This document shows, in pieces, positions 28,709 through 42,121 of a stretch of DNA of 64,000 nt; within the stretch, counting starts at the first letter, position 1, and each line of letters starts with the position of its first letter. The notes beneath the pieces are model-generated. The model ran no database searches. It saw only the letters and a program-made list of their open reading frames with translations, and was not told where the DNA came from. This stretch comes from Styela clava. Taxonomy: Eukaryota. The position numbers and the translations under genes are program-made. The stretch spans positions 7,316,001 through 7,380,000 of the forward strand of contig NC_135257.1 in the NCBI RefSeq assembly GCF_964204865.1. Reading direction: 5' to 3'.

Positions 28709-30652
28709 TTTGGACGCCAATGTTTGAAGTACGCTGGACATAAAGAGGTTTGAATTTACCCCTAAAAATGCAGATATATCCTCGATAAAATTATACTATA
28801 TATAGCAATATTAATAAGCTTATTTCTAAGAAATAAAGAGATGCATCTTGAATCGAATATTGACATATTTAATATCTCGATCGATATACTAATAGCTGCC
28901 GGAATGTTACTGAACTATTGAATTTTTTTCAGTAATTTTATCTACACGGCACAGAACTCTCATGCTCACCAACTTCAAATCACCGAGTAGGCTACTAGAG
29001 TAGCTAACTTAGTTAGTAATTTATGAAGCTACCGTACAGGTTGTCACTGGCGATTAACACTGGGCTAGCTCTGAACTTTACATATATTACTAGCTGTAAT
29101 TATTCCACAGCTGCTAACACAAGTACGCAGCAACAACAAGTATTTGAACATTATATTGTTGTTTCGTTTCGCTTTCACACTTCCTGCATCAGCTTTCATG
29201 ATAACAATGGCTCTGCAGCAAGTTCCGACTGCGTAACATTAGGAAATCGCACCCCGTCAACAACAAAAGGAAGTGACAAATGTAAACCTGAGAAGTAACT
29301 GTCGCGAGAAATAATTTGGCATCTGAAAACACTATTCAATATTCGCTATCCATCATTTAATGTCGACACACCTTTAGATATTATTTCACAAAGCGATCGC
29401 ATCTTCGCTGTCGTTACGCCGCACAAAGCGTGACTAGCAAACCCGTACGTCGACTTTCTCATACGCTGCGAATATAATGAGAAATACCGAAGTACATAGT
29501 CCAAGTACGAGTTACCCAAAATTCCCCAACGCTTAGAAAGGCCATAATTCACTAAACATGCGACGTTTAACTAAATAAGATAATAGTCAATGACGTTCGG
29601 AATGTCCACTTCATTTTATTCAAATCACGGCTGGATATTTTTATCATGAATAAGAAGAAGAACTTGTTTGGCACTAGAAACTCAAGTAAACATACCCTTA
29701 AACTAACCACGATTACCTATATTATTTAAAATAAGTTCATTTTATGTAAGAGGAGAAAGTACACAAACAGGCAGACAGTCTGCACCAAATGACTAAATAT
29801 GCAACAACCCGCTGTGAGAGCAAAACCAAAATGCCAGTGCTAGAGTTAACTCTATTAAATGTCTGCTTTCAGGCTATTATTGACATTTTTACGCTAATCA
29901 CAGCTGGAGCTCCTTACAAGTCCACTGCGTTTCTCTGCTATCTGAGGCTATTAAAATTCCCATGTGTAGTGTATATTAAATCCCTATTTAAGACATCCGG
30001 ATGAGCGTAAAAAGCTACATAAATAACGAGCTTTGCAATTTTCAGAAACCCATGATAATCCGTTTCAAAATTAGGTCACCACCGCGCAAATAAATTGATT
30101 CCAGGTTTTGATATTCTCGCTTTGCGTCTCCAAGTGCTGAGCGATTCAAAGTAATAACGCCCCCGCCATTCTGTGTCTCAACACCCATTATTTCCACACA
30201 CACGATAGGTCGAATAAATAATGAGCAAACACAAAGGATACGAGGGTGTGCATTACGATTCGCTGGCCTTTTCATACAAAGGTACCACGCAGCGTTTTAC
30301 ACACTACGCCTGCGCACTGTTTGTAATATTTGCCTTCGGGCGTCCCTTCTTCTTGTCAGTGCGTGACGAGCGATCGGGCGAACCCTTCGTTTGAGCTGAG
30401 ATCAGCTGAGCGGGTGCGTATAGCTCGAAGTTCAATCGTGAATGCGATGAAATCCAACAGCGCCACCACAGTATCTAAAAAAAATAAATGCGATATCAAG
30501 TAGTGCGGGTTTGGAATCTTACGCAGTAGACCGGTACTGCAGTCTTCATGACTTCGATTGGATCGAAATTCCAATTTCAACTTATTTTTTAGGTATATGT
30601 CAACCAATAAGAATGTTGCTTTCATGATTACAATTTCCTATTATAACTTAAG

Positions 30653-31296
30653 TAGGATTACCATATTTTTTTTTCGACTTCAAAGCGGGACGACTCCTGT
30701 AACTTTACAGTTTCCGATTTTACTGCATAGGCCTACGCCCTACATTTAAGCCATCCCGGCTGTCTTCATTGATCATAGAGTGTCATCGAGAGTTCATGCG
30801 CATATTCTATGGCTCTATGCTGTCTATATACCAAGTTCAGGTCAAAAAATAGAAAGGAATAGACGCTAATGGCTAACGATACAAATGATCCGAATTTAGA
30901 CTTTTTTTTATGTACAGCGGGAGGAATAAAGAATAATGAAATAGTCTGCCGTTTTGTAGCATTGAGAATTTACTTATTCGCCCGAGCATGCTTTTCTGTA
31001 GATAACACCTTTAAAAAAACGTTGTTCAATGTTACATTCACGCGTCCGAACAGGACCAATTGGAATTGGTTTTACATGTGATACGTTCGCTAACAATGTT
31101 AGCGGGAAACAACGAAACAAACAAAATAACGCATTCACCTTCAGTAAGTACGCTAGCGTTGCGCTACACAGCAACAACAGTAACGAGAGCATGTTCGTGT
31201 ATGATGCTGGATGGCTGAATGCAAAAGCGGGACTTTTGGCTGACTTGTCGGGACGGCGGGACAAGACGCTTAAAAGCAGGACGTATGGTGGGCTTA
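30653..31296. mobile_element. Non-autonomous hAT-type MITE, older copy (same family as 52150-52664)
   Basis: Termini TAGGATTACCATA ... TATGGTGGGCTTA with internal GCGGGAC repeats. It aligns by eye along its length with the 52150 copy. TSD is degenerate (AACTTAAG/ATTATAAG). Confidence 0.75.
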
Positions 31297-31529
31297 ATTA
31301 TAAGTTAAACCCTTGAATAAAGTTATCAACTATATATACTGAATTACCGGTAGGCAGTAAGTATGTCATACACGCGGGTGTAGTGGAAATACAAAGAATT
31401 ACAGAAATTGACAAACGAGGGCATTCCAGGTCCTACATCGTCCTCAAAAGCAGACTAAAATAAAATACAAGTTGTGTAGGCCTATACATTTTAAAGAGAG
31501 ATTCATACATTTGGGACAAATGTTAGAAA

Positions 31530-31810
31530 GGATTCGATTTACATATTTAACCCGAGGGGGAGGAAATCCAAAAAGAGGGCTTAATCATATGACGAACCCC
31601 AGCCTCCCGCCCGGTTACCGTCCCGTCGACTATGGGATTAGTTAGTCAGTTATTTGTTTTCAGATGCATGAACTTGATGACGGAAAAAGCCGTGCCCACC
31701 TTACGGCGGCGAGGAGCCCAGCAATCCGCTCGCACACCCACGCGGGGTAATCAGAGGTGCGGTGGCGAGAGTATTCCTAGCGATTAGTGCCCCATCGCCG
31801 AGCCGAAACG
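31530..31810 (-). mobile_element. tRNA-derived SINE copy (B-box segment deleted)
   Basis: The reverse complement shares TAGGAATAC..TCGCCACCGCACCTCTGATTAC..GCGTGGGT and CTCGCCGCCGTA.GGTGG with the copy at 48878. Its 3' body (ACTAACTAATCCCATA ... TAAATATGTAAATC) is shared with the 39930-40480 copy. Confidence 0.75.
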
Positions 31811-32054
31811 TACGACAATTGTTGATACGACATTTTTAAGACAGCTTTTCTCAAATAAGGATGTGGGATGCGTCCTTGTATTTCAATGCCCTCTTGTTAG
31901 CCATTCCTTTCCGCGGATGCTCCCACTAATCCAGTTTTGAACCTCAGCGTCCACTCGAAGGACCATCGTGGCGCACTTATAGCTGTAACCCATGTCAGAC
32001 CGTACCCCAACCGGTGTTCCGATATAGCGTTGAACGGACTGAAAGCATCTAAGG

Positions 32055-32470
32055 CAGGGATGGGCAACCTTTTCCGGCTCGCGTGCCAAAATCGACTAAA
32101 TTTAATGACAAAATTCTTCCGCGTGCCGACCAAAATTGTCGAGAGCTCACTCAGTTGTGACGTCATAATATATTTCTTTGAAGCCATATGTCTTGAAAGA
32201 ACAAAAAGGGTTTAAATAAATAACGGATTGCTACCAAACAATAATGATTAAACGGTCGCAGAGTTTCAACAGATAATTCAGAGTGAACAAAAAGGGTTTA
32301 AATAAATAACGGATTGCTACCAAGCAATAATGATTAAACGGTCGCAGAGTTTCAACAGATAATTCAGAGTCTTGAAACTTTTTTCTTGAAAAAAAAAAAC
32401 GATTTCGTTTCTGAAGCCTCGCTCGCGTGCCGAATAAATGGGCTCGCGTGCCAGGGGTTGCCCACCCCTG
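32055..32470. mobile_element. hAT (Buster/Charlie-type) MITE
   Basis: TIR CAGGGATGGGCAACC / GGTTGCCCACCCCTG. Perfect 8-bp TSD ATCTAAGG at 32047-32054 and 32471-32478. Subterminal CTCGCGTGCC repeats. Confidence 0.9.
32199..32370. repeat. 86-bp tandem duplication (2 near-identical copies) inside the MITE
   Basis: GAACAAAAAGGGTTTAAATAAATAACGGATTGCTACC...GATAATTCAGAGT starts at 32199 and again at 32285. Confidence 0.9.
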
Positions 32471-34133
32471 ATCTAAGGCTACAATTACTAACTAATATTG
32501 GGATTGATATGCACTAAAGCAGCAGAATTAACAGCAGCCCAATGCGCCCAACAAAAATACCTGAATGAACAAATAAAATAGGTCATGGAAGGACTCTTTC
32601 CTGTTTGACATGGTATACCCGACTCAACAGGATATCATTTCCATGATTTCTACCAGCAAAAATATACTTATCAGTATTTTATAGAATGTTAAACGTTGTT
32701 GGTTTCAGGATTAAATTAATTCCCTTCTAAAATCAAGGCATTCAGTTTTAAACCATGCATTCATCAAGCAATAGAGTTATTACAAATTTATACGCTTCTA
32801 GTTCAATGTGACAAAACGGTACTCGGTAAAATTTTGCCAGGGATCGCTTTTGCATAATCGTGAAAAATTGTTCAAACTTTCCCAAACATTTGGGTCTACC
32901 GCGCTTGGGAATAATTTGACCTATTTCACTTGATGACATTACACCAATATATAAGCTTCAACATATGGAAAACAACTCCTGGGTAGATGATTTATTCCGG
33001 ATATTATCAAATAGGAAATATTGTATTCATTCTGTTCATATTGCCAAGCTTAAAAATTAAAAAAAGTTGACTCCATAACATAGGTCATTACAATATTAAG
33101 AATATTATGCGAAAAAGTTACCAAAGATAAACGTACACAAAATAGAAATGCAACCTAATATATTGAGGATAGTTCATCACGTTGTTGGAGGTAAGATACC
33201 ACAGGCAGGCACAAATACAGTCACAAATACAGTGGATGGACGCGTTTGGAGATATATTAGTAACAGCAAAAGCTTTGTTTGCTTTCGCAAAGTAGGAGGA
33301 CCAGGAATTCCTCTTCAATATTGACAATGAAGTTATATCTGGAGAACAAAGCTAATTTGTGATAAAAATTACTCGGTGGCGTTATTATCATTTCCGAGTT
33401 GATGATGAATGTATTTATGCTAAATTAATTCTTACCAAACCAGTGATAAGTAAGTGCATTCCGTGCAAACTAAGCTGCTAAAATCCAAGGTGAAGATAGA
33501 ATATGTTATAAAACAAAATTGACAAAAATAATTAGTGTGACAATAAAATAATAATGTCACAGCATAGTAAATGTACAAAATCGTTCCCTAACTAATAAAA
33601 ATTTGAAAAATTGATTATTAACTGTATGTGATCAGCAGTAAAAAAAGTATTTATCAAATTAAAATTTACAGCACAGTTATAGCGACAAAAATAGACATAA
33701 AAATGTGACATGAGAAAGTACGAACCTTCAGGAGTTTGGTAGATGGACAAACACAGAGGTGAGATAATCATAATACAGTAATCAACACATTCCTTTGTTG
33801 ACAGATTACTTGGACTATAGAAAATTTGGAATTTATCATGTGTAGGCAATGTATACCGGATTACACCAAAAAACAGAAAGACCAACTAGTTATATGCTCA
33901 GAGTTCCTAACCCCAAGTTCTGAATAAGTGCATATGGAATTCAGCATAAAGCATGATTCACACTTTACACAGTACATAACAAAAAAAATCTGGTCCATAT
34001 ATATATATATATATATCTACTGACATGAAATATAAAAATATTGCAACCTAAAAGGCTGGATATGTGTGTGCGTGTTTAGCAACTCAAAAGAATTCATGAC
34101 TTGATGTTTTTAATTACAAGAGTTGGAGTATTT

Positions 34134-37100
34134 TCAATCATCAGATCTATACTGTGGGTGCTCTTTCAGCCAGTCATTCAATTTGCTGGGAAAATCCGTC
34201 ATCACACCCGTTACACCTAGTTTTTTATATGCTCGTTTGAAATCTTCTTCGTCATTGAGCACCCACAGGTAGACCTATGAAATAAATACAAAATAAAACT
34301 AAATATAATCGTCGAACGAAACTTTCGATGAAACAACACAAAGGTATATTTAAATTAGCATGTAAATGTAAAATTGTTATTTCCACTTCCAATGTTAATC
34401 ATTGTATTGCATGTATAGTGTTAAAGATAGTTGCGTCAGTTAGTAAAGACTTGAATAAAACTTCCTAATATAGAAATTTCTGCAACCAATAAGATATATG
34501 CAGTGGTAAAATTTAATAATTCTTATGCATACCCACATACACGTTAAAATTGTAAAAAACCTTCTCAGAGTGGTTCAATTTTATACAACAAACTTTCCCA
34601 ATGAACCAAACACTATAATCTCTATGACTATGAGTTTAATCCTACATAACACACATAATATACCATACTCACATTGATTCCTCTGTCTTTGAGGTGTGTG
34701 AATAACACATTACTCATCAGAAGAAAATCAATAACAGCAAACAAGGCTCGTATGCCACAAGACTCCGTCATTGATGGATTAAATCTGAAAAGGAAGAGGT
34801 TATGCTTGATTGCAGCAGCGTACGTGTGAGTAGGCACAGACCATATCGATGTTTTTATACCAGAATAGTTTGTTGTGATTTCTGACCAAATTCCTTGGCT
34901 AAGAACTAATGGGTTGACTTTGCCTAAGCAATTGTTATAATAACCCTTTCCTATTTTTCAGCAACATCTTGAGGTATGCCAAATTCATGGCCCACCTCTG
35001 GATGTAATATTTCAAGTGCAATATCAAAGTGATTATTTGTATCAAAGCTTGTCTAGAAATGTACAAATTTCATTTAAAAAATCTCCACCCTAAAAAACTA
35101 ACTCACACATACATCCCTGAAATATTCTAAAGACATATTATACTAAAATACATAGTGTACTGGTACGGTGACCGTACATTTGAACCCATGTACATTTGAA
35201 CCCATGCGTATATCCACGGGTTCAATCTATATGCGGGTGCTAAAACCCATGGGTTATGGTTAGTATGGGTTTAACTATCCGTGAAACAAAAAAAATTCCA
35301 TAGGTGCAATAGCATACAGGTGCAATTGTCATGGGTTCAAATGTACGTGGGTTCAAATGTAATGGAACCTACTGGTACTTATATTAGTACTAAACTTCGG
35401 CAGTGCATTATATTCTAACATCTATAAATATTTACTTACGCTTTTCTTGCTATATTAGGCATTATTACAGCAAAACAGGATTCTTTGATAGGTAGGAATG
35501 GTAGGAGTCCAAGATAAAATGTAAGCACTGTGAGTGCAACTCTTTTCATTGAAAACACAAGAGGTATATTTGGATTCTGAAAAATTGTAATTGTACAACT
35601 TTAATTAAAACAAATTGCTGAAAAAACGATTCACCCAATGTATTACTGTATCAATTCTACATCTTGATGCACAAACTATTTTATTATGTAGGTTTAATAA
35701 TAATCTAAAATGAACCATCTTCAACATAGAAAACTAGCACTAAAAATACTGTTCTTTTGTCCCAGGTTTGTAATGAAGACATCCCTTCATAACCGGCCTT
35801 ACAATATATTTTAAAGTTGGATTTTGAATTAAGAGATTCGAGAATTTGCTTAAAGCAATGTCATACATACTCTCTCAAAAAAGGTTGTTCATACTCACTC
35901 AAAGGTAAAGGAGATATATATCTGAGCAAATTTAGGGGAACCATTACATGCAAAGAGTAACTGGTGTGTTATATGCCAGGTAATTGGCGCCAGGCAAATT
36001 GACTCAAATTACGATGGTTCTGATAATTCAGGTGGGATACATAACAACCAACTTACTGTTTTATACAATTTTGAAGTTACTTTGTTTGAAAAATTTCCCC
36101 ATGGTGTAATCTCTTCTCTGTTAAATTTCCTGATCAGATTATTTGTCTGAAATTGATACAAATATTTTTCAAGGAAACAATATTCACTTTGATATTGGAT
36201 AAATCTTATGCAGCTTTGAATTGGCGGTCGACACTAAAAAATTCCTTTTTCGCAAGCTAATTGATCAGTAAGAGCAATAACTCAGTAAAAAGGGATTTTA
36301 GAAACGACAAGGCACACAACAGACTACACTGTGAATAATTTTTTGTCCATACTCGATAAAGTACATTTATAATAAGCACAAATATAATTTACGACTGAAA
36401 CATTTACCTCTTGAATCAATTCCTCATCATATATTTTGACATCAAGATGAATCGGAGTGTTTGGAAACTCCTGGAACACATCTTCCAGTTTTTCTATTTG
36501 CAAAGCATTCCCCTCGTGATGACAAGTTGTGTGATAATGGAATGTGACTCCCAATTCCTTACTTAACAATGGAAGATCCTGTTCAAAAGTCGATCAAAGA
36601 ATTAGTATTGTTATGAAATGAAGCCTACCGTGATGAAGGTTATTTTTTCAGAAGATTTTGTAACTTAAAATTAGCAAGGGTGCAATACTCAAATAATGGG
36701 AAAAAAAAACTTTTAATTTTTCAACCAATTTTCAACATTTTCGAAAAACAACTACCAGTCTACCACATTTTTGAGTTTGACACATATTTACAAAAGTCGG
36801 TAATATCCCATTATAGATAAAAAAAAGTTTAATTTCGTCAACCATTAATTGACCTTACCTAATTCCGTAATAATAATTACTGGAGTGACAGTAAATTTAA
36901 TAAAAGATGTGCATATTTTATCTACAATTGTTGTCATTATAGAATGTTAGATATTAAATATCTTGCAGAATCAACAGGGGATACAAATTTCTAATTTATT
37001 TTCAATGTATACATTTGGTAAGCAACTATTTTTTACCTCGTATTTAGTATCTTTGATATGAACATCTTCCCCTGTGGTCCTGAGTAAATGATTATCATGA

Positions 37101-38066
37101 GACACAACAACAACTTTATCCGCAGTGAGGTGAACATCCAACTCCAACATCTGTGTACCACATTCCATTGCACTGAAAAAAAAAACAGTATACAAAACTA
37201 TACATTCTTAAAATTTACGTCTAATGATAAATTCATCGTTCCAATTTATTTAATTTGACGATCATTATGCAAAATAGAAATAAGCCTGATTACGAACACT
37301 GCAATATAGCTGCAAATTTTTCCTACATATAAAATAAATTTGAATTACGGTAAGTCCGGTTCATTTCATTTAATAAATGAAAATTTTACTAGCATAAAGA
37401 GTACAGTAGTCTATTTTAAATAACAACTTGAAATGCACAATTCTAAAATGCAGACCCAAAAACTCACTTTCTATATGCATTACAAGTGTTTTCTAATTTT
37501 TCCGCAGCTCCTGAATTGAAAGTTATAATATGATTAAACTTAATGATAGATTACACATTTGCTTTCCTAACATCCTTGATATAGTAAAAAGATAGCGATG
37601 ATTTATTTCCTAACACTGCAATACAATAACAAAATACACAAATACTGAAATAGGTACAAACATTGCAGTGAGAAATAATGACAATAACTTTTGATAATGG
37701 TAAGGGATGAGTAAGCTAGCGGAACTCTGGCTTGGAGGTCATGATTTTTGGCTTCGAATCTTTGTGTTTCACTGAAAACTTTCAGTTTTTAACATTTATT
37801 AATGCACTGATGACGATTCTATACATAAAAAATTCCTAGAGCTCAAGTAGAATAGAGTTAAATATAATAATAATAAAGTTATAACAGTTAACGATACGGT
37901 ACCGAATATTGTAAAATAACATACCTCCTCTGTGACTAATGTGTGAACATTTAAAGAGTAAACGTTTCTTCTTATATATGATAGGACATTTAAGAAAAAA
38001 AATTGATGTCAATATATATCCTCCAACACCAGCAAGAACATAATATCCAGGGTTAACGCCAGGCAT
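34134..38066 (-). CDS. GDPD1: Lysophospholipase D GDPD1/GDPD3-like glycerophosphodiester phosphodiesterase (GDE4 family), 323 aa, 8 coding exons
   Basis: Exons (minus): 37925-38066, 37468-37510, 37037-37172, 36408-36578, 36057-36146, 35440-35576, 34673-34784, 34134-34274. GT-AG introns, phases consistent, 972 nt. N-terminal hydrophobic segment followed by ISHRGGAAEKLENT, MLELDVHLTADKVVVVSHD, FPNTPIHLDVK, WGNF, HLKDRGINVYLWVLNDEEDF, GVTGVMTDFP, which are GDPD catalytic motifs of the GDPD1/3 subfamily. Confidence 0.93.
35167..35369. mobile_element. MITE with 9-bp TSD (Mutator/MULE-like) in GDPD1 intron 6
   Basis: TSD TACTGGTAC at 35158-35166 and 35370-35378. GG...CC termini. Inverted, tandemly repeated TACATTTGAACCC subterminal motifs and a central GGTTATGGTTAG motif. 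Confidence 0.85.
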
Positions 38067-38153
38067 GTTGAAGCGCTTTATCGAAATGGCTTTGTGCTGA
38101 AATAAATGGCGCACAAACCTTTTTGCACGCGCAAACAATATCTGCCGAGTCAT

Positions 38154-38251
38154 AGTGGTGACTAATGGGAACGCATAGAACTTTCTCCCTCAATCAAAAC
38201 AAAGTGGTGACTAATGGAAACGCATGGAACTTTCTCCCTCAATCAAAACAA
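38154..38251. repeat. 49-bp tandem duplication just upstream of GDPD1
   Basis: AGTGGTGACTAATGGRAACGCATRGAACTTTCTCCCTCAATCAAAACAA at 38154 and 38203 (2 mismatches). Confidence 0.9.
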
Positions 38252-38262
38252 TTCAATAGGTA

Positions 38263-39722
38263 CCGTAAAAGCGCCTAACTTCGGACAGTCCCTAACTTCG
38301 GACAAAATTTTTGAACGGCCATATCTTAGCTAAAACGCGCCGTATATTGCTAATTTTAATTATTATAGGTTGTGCTGTTATATCTACATCTATTCTCATC
38401 TTTTTTAATGTTGCATAATTCTTTTTTTGGTAAAAAAACGGAAATTTTGCCGAAAATTGACTGCCCGGCATTCAACGGCGCAGAGCGTCGCTCCTACTGA
38501 AGCTATCGTCGTCAAAATACCATCATTCGGTAGAGGGCGACAACAATGTATATAATTTATTTGAGTGATCGCAAGATGTCGTACGAGATTTAAATAAAAT
38601 CTAAAATTCTGAATTATAAATTCCGTAAGAATATTAAGATTTCACGCAGCGTCAAAAATTACGTCAACCTCACGTAGATTATTTTTCGCTCACTTCCGAA
38701 ACGACGTCACACTACGTCGCGGAAATGAATTTTGACGCCAGACACAACGGAGCCAATATGACAATTTCCGTTAAGATAAAGACGGCGTTCCAACGTAATA
38801 TTTTTGTATTTTGTTCGGTCATGTATGAATATATGCCAAAATTACATTAATGAAAATACATGTCACACTTAATCGATGACGTTAAAAATCGAATATATAA
38901 AACTATGATAATTCCAACGTCCATATGGCACAGTGCACTGCACTTAACCATTATTTTATGATTAGTAGTCGAAATGACAGTTATTGAATACGGCCTGGGT
39001 GAATTTTATTCACTCGAAATTAAAAATAAATTTAATCTCCAACAAATAAACGGGACCTACATGTTTACAAGATTAAGTTGAATTTTAAATTAAACTTCAC
39101 AATCGGATTTACCGTGTGTTTGATATAAATTATCATTTATAAAGATAACCGCGCAGAATAAAAAAAAGCTATCTGTCGAGAATATTAATACTTCAAAGAC
39201 TTCGATAGAAGCCCGTTAAAATACTTCATTGTGGATTGAAACGGTTTGCATCAGATATATTTACGTATGCATTTCCTGATTAAAATGACTAACGTGTTAT
39301 TATACTCGTCTGAAGTATCGAAAATAACGAACGAAAGATGTAAACATAGGACGACGGAAGTTTCAAATAATGCATTTTCGTCGTGACGTCAATGTTACGT
39401 TACGACGACGATCGAGCGTCTTATCCTCACGCAACGACGTGATTACCTCATCCGCATCGGAAGCCTCTTTCTCTCTGTGCGTCGCGGTTACGCAGTGAAG
39501 AAAATGACTGTCCGAAGTTAGGGCAGTGAAGGATAACGGTCAAATGGCAAGAAATATCGATTATTTCAATAGTAAAAATAGTCCAATTGAACCGAAATTT
39601 GCAGGGAATGTAAATTACCGCACGAATGTTTTACCGAGCAATTTTGGCGCCGTTTGGACAATAAATGGCCGAGTTATTGACGAAAATATAGTAATTTTGT
39701 CCGAAGTTAGGCGCTTTTACGG
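38263..39722. mobile_element. Non-autonomous Tc1/mariner/pogo-superfamily DNA transposon, 1.46 kb
   Basis: Perfect 25-bp TIR CCGTAAAAGCGCCTAACTTCGGACA / TGTCCGAAGTTAGGCGCTTTTACGG flanked by a TA duplication (38261-62, 39723-24). Extra internal copies of CCTAACTTCGGACA at ~38291 and, inverted, at ~39509. No transposase ORF seen. Confidence 0.9.
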
Positions 39723-39929
39723 TAAATCAACTGAAATAACCGCAATCCGCGCATTTATGCGAGTTCTCGTTACAGAATACAGACGTGGCACGGCAACTGG
39801 AGACGTGCGAAGAAATGTGAACTTTTCGCACAATCTAAGCGAGGCCTTCTCTCACTTTTCAATAAGACTACCCACAAAGCGCGGCCAAATTGAATTTCGC
39901 TATCAGCGATGCGAAAGCGCATTGCAACG

Positions 39930-40480
39930 TTACACCTCGGCGGTGTGGCGATCAGGAATACGCTTGCGACAGCACCTCTCATTACATCTCGTGAGGGTTT
40001 CAATATATTTGCGCGAGGATTTCTGGACTCTCTCCGCCGTAGGTTGGGTGGGTCTCACACTCTGATCATACTAACTAATATCATACCGGTACCCAACATG
40101 GACTGTACCAGTGCCGGAGTTCGCTATATAATTAGGACGTCATAACGGCTTTCCGGGCCTCCAAAGAATGAATATCCAAATCTCATGTTACGAGGACAAG
40201 ATCTCAAGCATTTATCGGAGGGTACCACCGCGCATCCTGCTAATTGCAGGAATGCGCTTGCAGTAACTCTAATACGAAATTATCGATTTTTTATGTATTT
40301 ATGGTGGGGATCCACTGACAGGCTCCATAACACCAAGAGGTCAGGTCCATATGCAGCTGAAAGAAATAACAGGCTAACTAACCCCATAGACTACCGGCAT
40401 GAACTTGTAAACGAACAATAGTCCGTGGGACACCTTATGGATTTTCTTCTCTGCGGGGTAAATATGGAAATTCTATACTA
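39930..40480 (+). mobile_element. Diverged SINE copies (same family as 31530 and 48878)
   Basis: AGGAATACGCTTGCGACAGCACCTCTCATTAC, GAGGATTTCTGGACTCTCTCCGCCGTAGG, GGCTAACTAACCCCATAG and GGGTAAATATGGAAAT match parts of the other copies. It appears to be two partial units. Confidence 0.55.
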
Positions 40481-41664
40481 AATAAGTCCAAATCTTTATT
40501 GTCCCAACTATGGATATTACCAACTCATATCTCACATAACCACCAAAATGGGCCTACACATTGCGTATCAATCAAACAATTCAACACAAATTCACCTGTA
40601 TTTTACATCAAAATAGAGAAGTGCACCCTACGAATAACGTACCCCATATAAGAAAGTACAAATATAAACAGTGTAATCGATAGAAAAAAAAACAGGATAC
40701 AATCTTACCATATATTAACAATTTTGTAACAAATATAGAATTTCTACAAAAGGAGTAATGTCATGGTAATAAAAAATTGATATTCGAAACAAAAACTGAT
40801 TAACTCGATAGCTGTATCATCAAACACGAATAGGAAGAAAGCCACAAAGTTTTTACAAAAATACTTGGGCTTACTTATGGAGGAACAATATACATATTAG
40901 TGAAGGATTAGTTGGCAAACAAGTGAAAAAAATTCCAACTATCAAAAATATTGAATGCTTTTTACAGTCGAGGTAAAGAAGTTAATAACAACAAAATACT
41001 TGGTTATATATAAATATCCATTTAGAAAATGAGTATGATATCATGAGATAACCATAATAAATAAATCATACAGATAATTCCAAATTTACCATACTACGGA
41101 ACAATTTTTCCAGAAGCATTCTCCTAAATCCACAGCTTCCATTAACTTGGACTGTGTCGTTTACACTTAATTTTGTTAGCTGATATGTGCTCGATATTTA
41201 AAATGTACAAACACCATAGAATATGAAAAATCATGTCATCTTCACTTTCAAAATTACAATTTTTATAAAAAGATTAAGCGTACACAATACAATCTGAGTC
41301 TCAAAGACAAAATATTAAAACACCAGGCTATACTTACAGAAAGTATGTTCACAAAAGACATGTTTTTAAATAAAAAAGATGATTCCAAGGTACTAATGTG
41401 CACAGTAATGAAATTTTATCAATATAACCTTTCTTTCCAAATTACTGCATATACAGACTCCTATTAAAACAGCAAGTATTTTTTGGAGAATGATGTAGAG
41501 ATCAATCGTATAAAGAGTATTTTCAACCCAAACATCCACAAATCCTGCGGGAGATTGGCACCAAGGAAAACCAATTATTTTTTTCAATAAACACTAAAAT
41601 TTTCTGTTTTTATTCACATTTTTAATTTATATCATCACTTTGAAGTTCCATTAACACTCTATAT

Positions 41665-41959
41665 CAGTGGTTCTCAAACGATGGGGCGTGGACAATTTTT
41701 TGAAGGAGCATGGAGCTAATTCAAAATAAAATTATTTGTTAGATTTGATCTTGCCCGCCTCATTATGTTTTTTAAACTTTTCATTCATTTCATAATTTGA
41801 GTTCCATCCATGTGTTTTCAACACGTTTTTGAATAAACATACTTTCGCCTTACTATCTGTTATTTGTAGATTATTGTTAGCTAGGCATTTTGGAGATAGG
41901 GTGCGAGACTTGACAAATTCTAAAAAGGGGGCACAGCTTAAAAAGTTTGAGAACTACTG
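41665..41959. mobile_element. hAT (Buster/Charlie-type) MITE ~160 bp 3' of the SPEF1 stop
   Basis: TIR CAGTGGTTCTCAAAC / GTTTGAGAACTACTG. Perfect 8-bp TSD CTCTATAT (41657-41664, 41960-41967). Confidence 0.9.
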
Positions 41960-42121
41960 CTCTATATCAAAACAGTTGCAACTGAAAAGCTGAAGAAATG
42001 ATTACAATTATAAAAAGAGGAAAGTTTGCTCTAATAATGCGATCACCTCCATCATCAGATAAAATAGAAAGATATGAAATTAAAAATTGAAGACAATAGA
42101 AATAGGAACAGTCAAATGATA

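Noticed and set aside
32515-33340. Possible extra minus-strand gene (acceptor-like sites at ~33340 and ~32561, short hydrophobic tail IFVGRIGLLLILLL*)
   Set aside because: I could not assemble a phase-consistent, recognisable protein, and stops occur in the alternative frames.
32199-38251. CRISPR-like or prokaryotic interpretation of the short direct repeats
   Set aside because: These are only two-copy tandem duplications without unique spacers, and the context is clearly spliceosomal eukaryotic DNA.
39526-40065. Longest ORF in the track (179 aa, plus strand)
   Set aside because: It starts at GTG, crosses the transposon's right TIR into SINE-derived sequence, and has no recognisable transposase or other motif.
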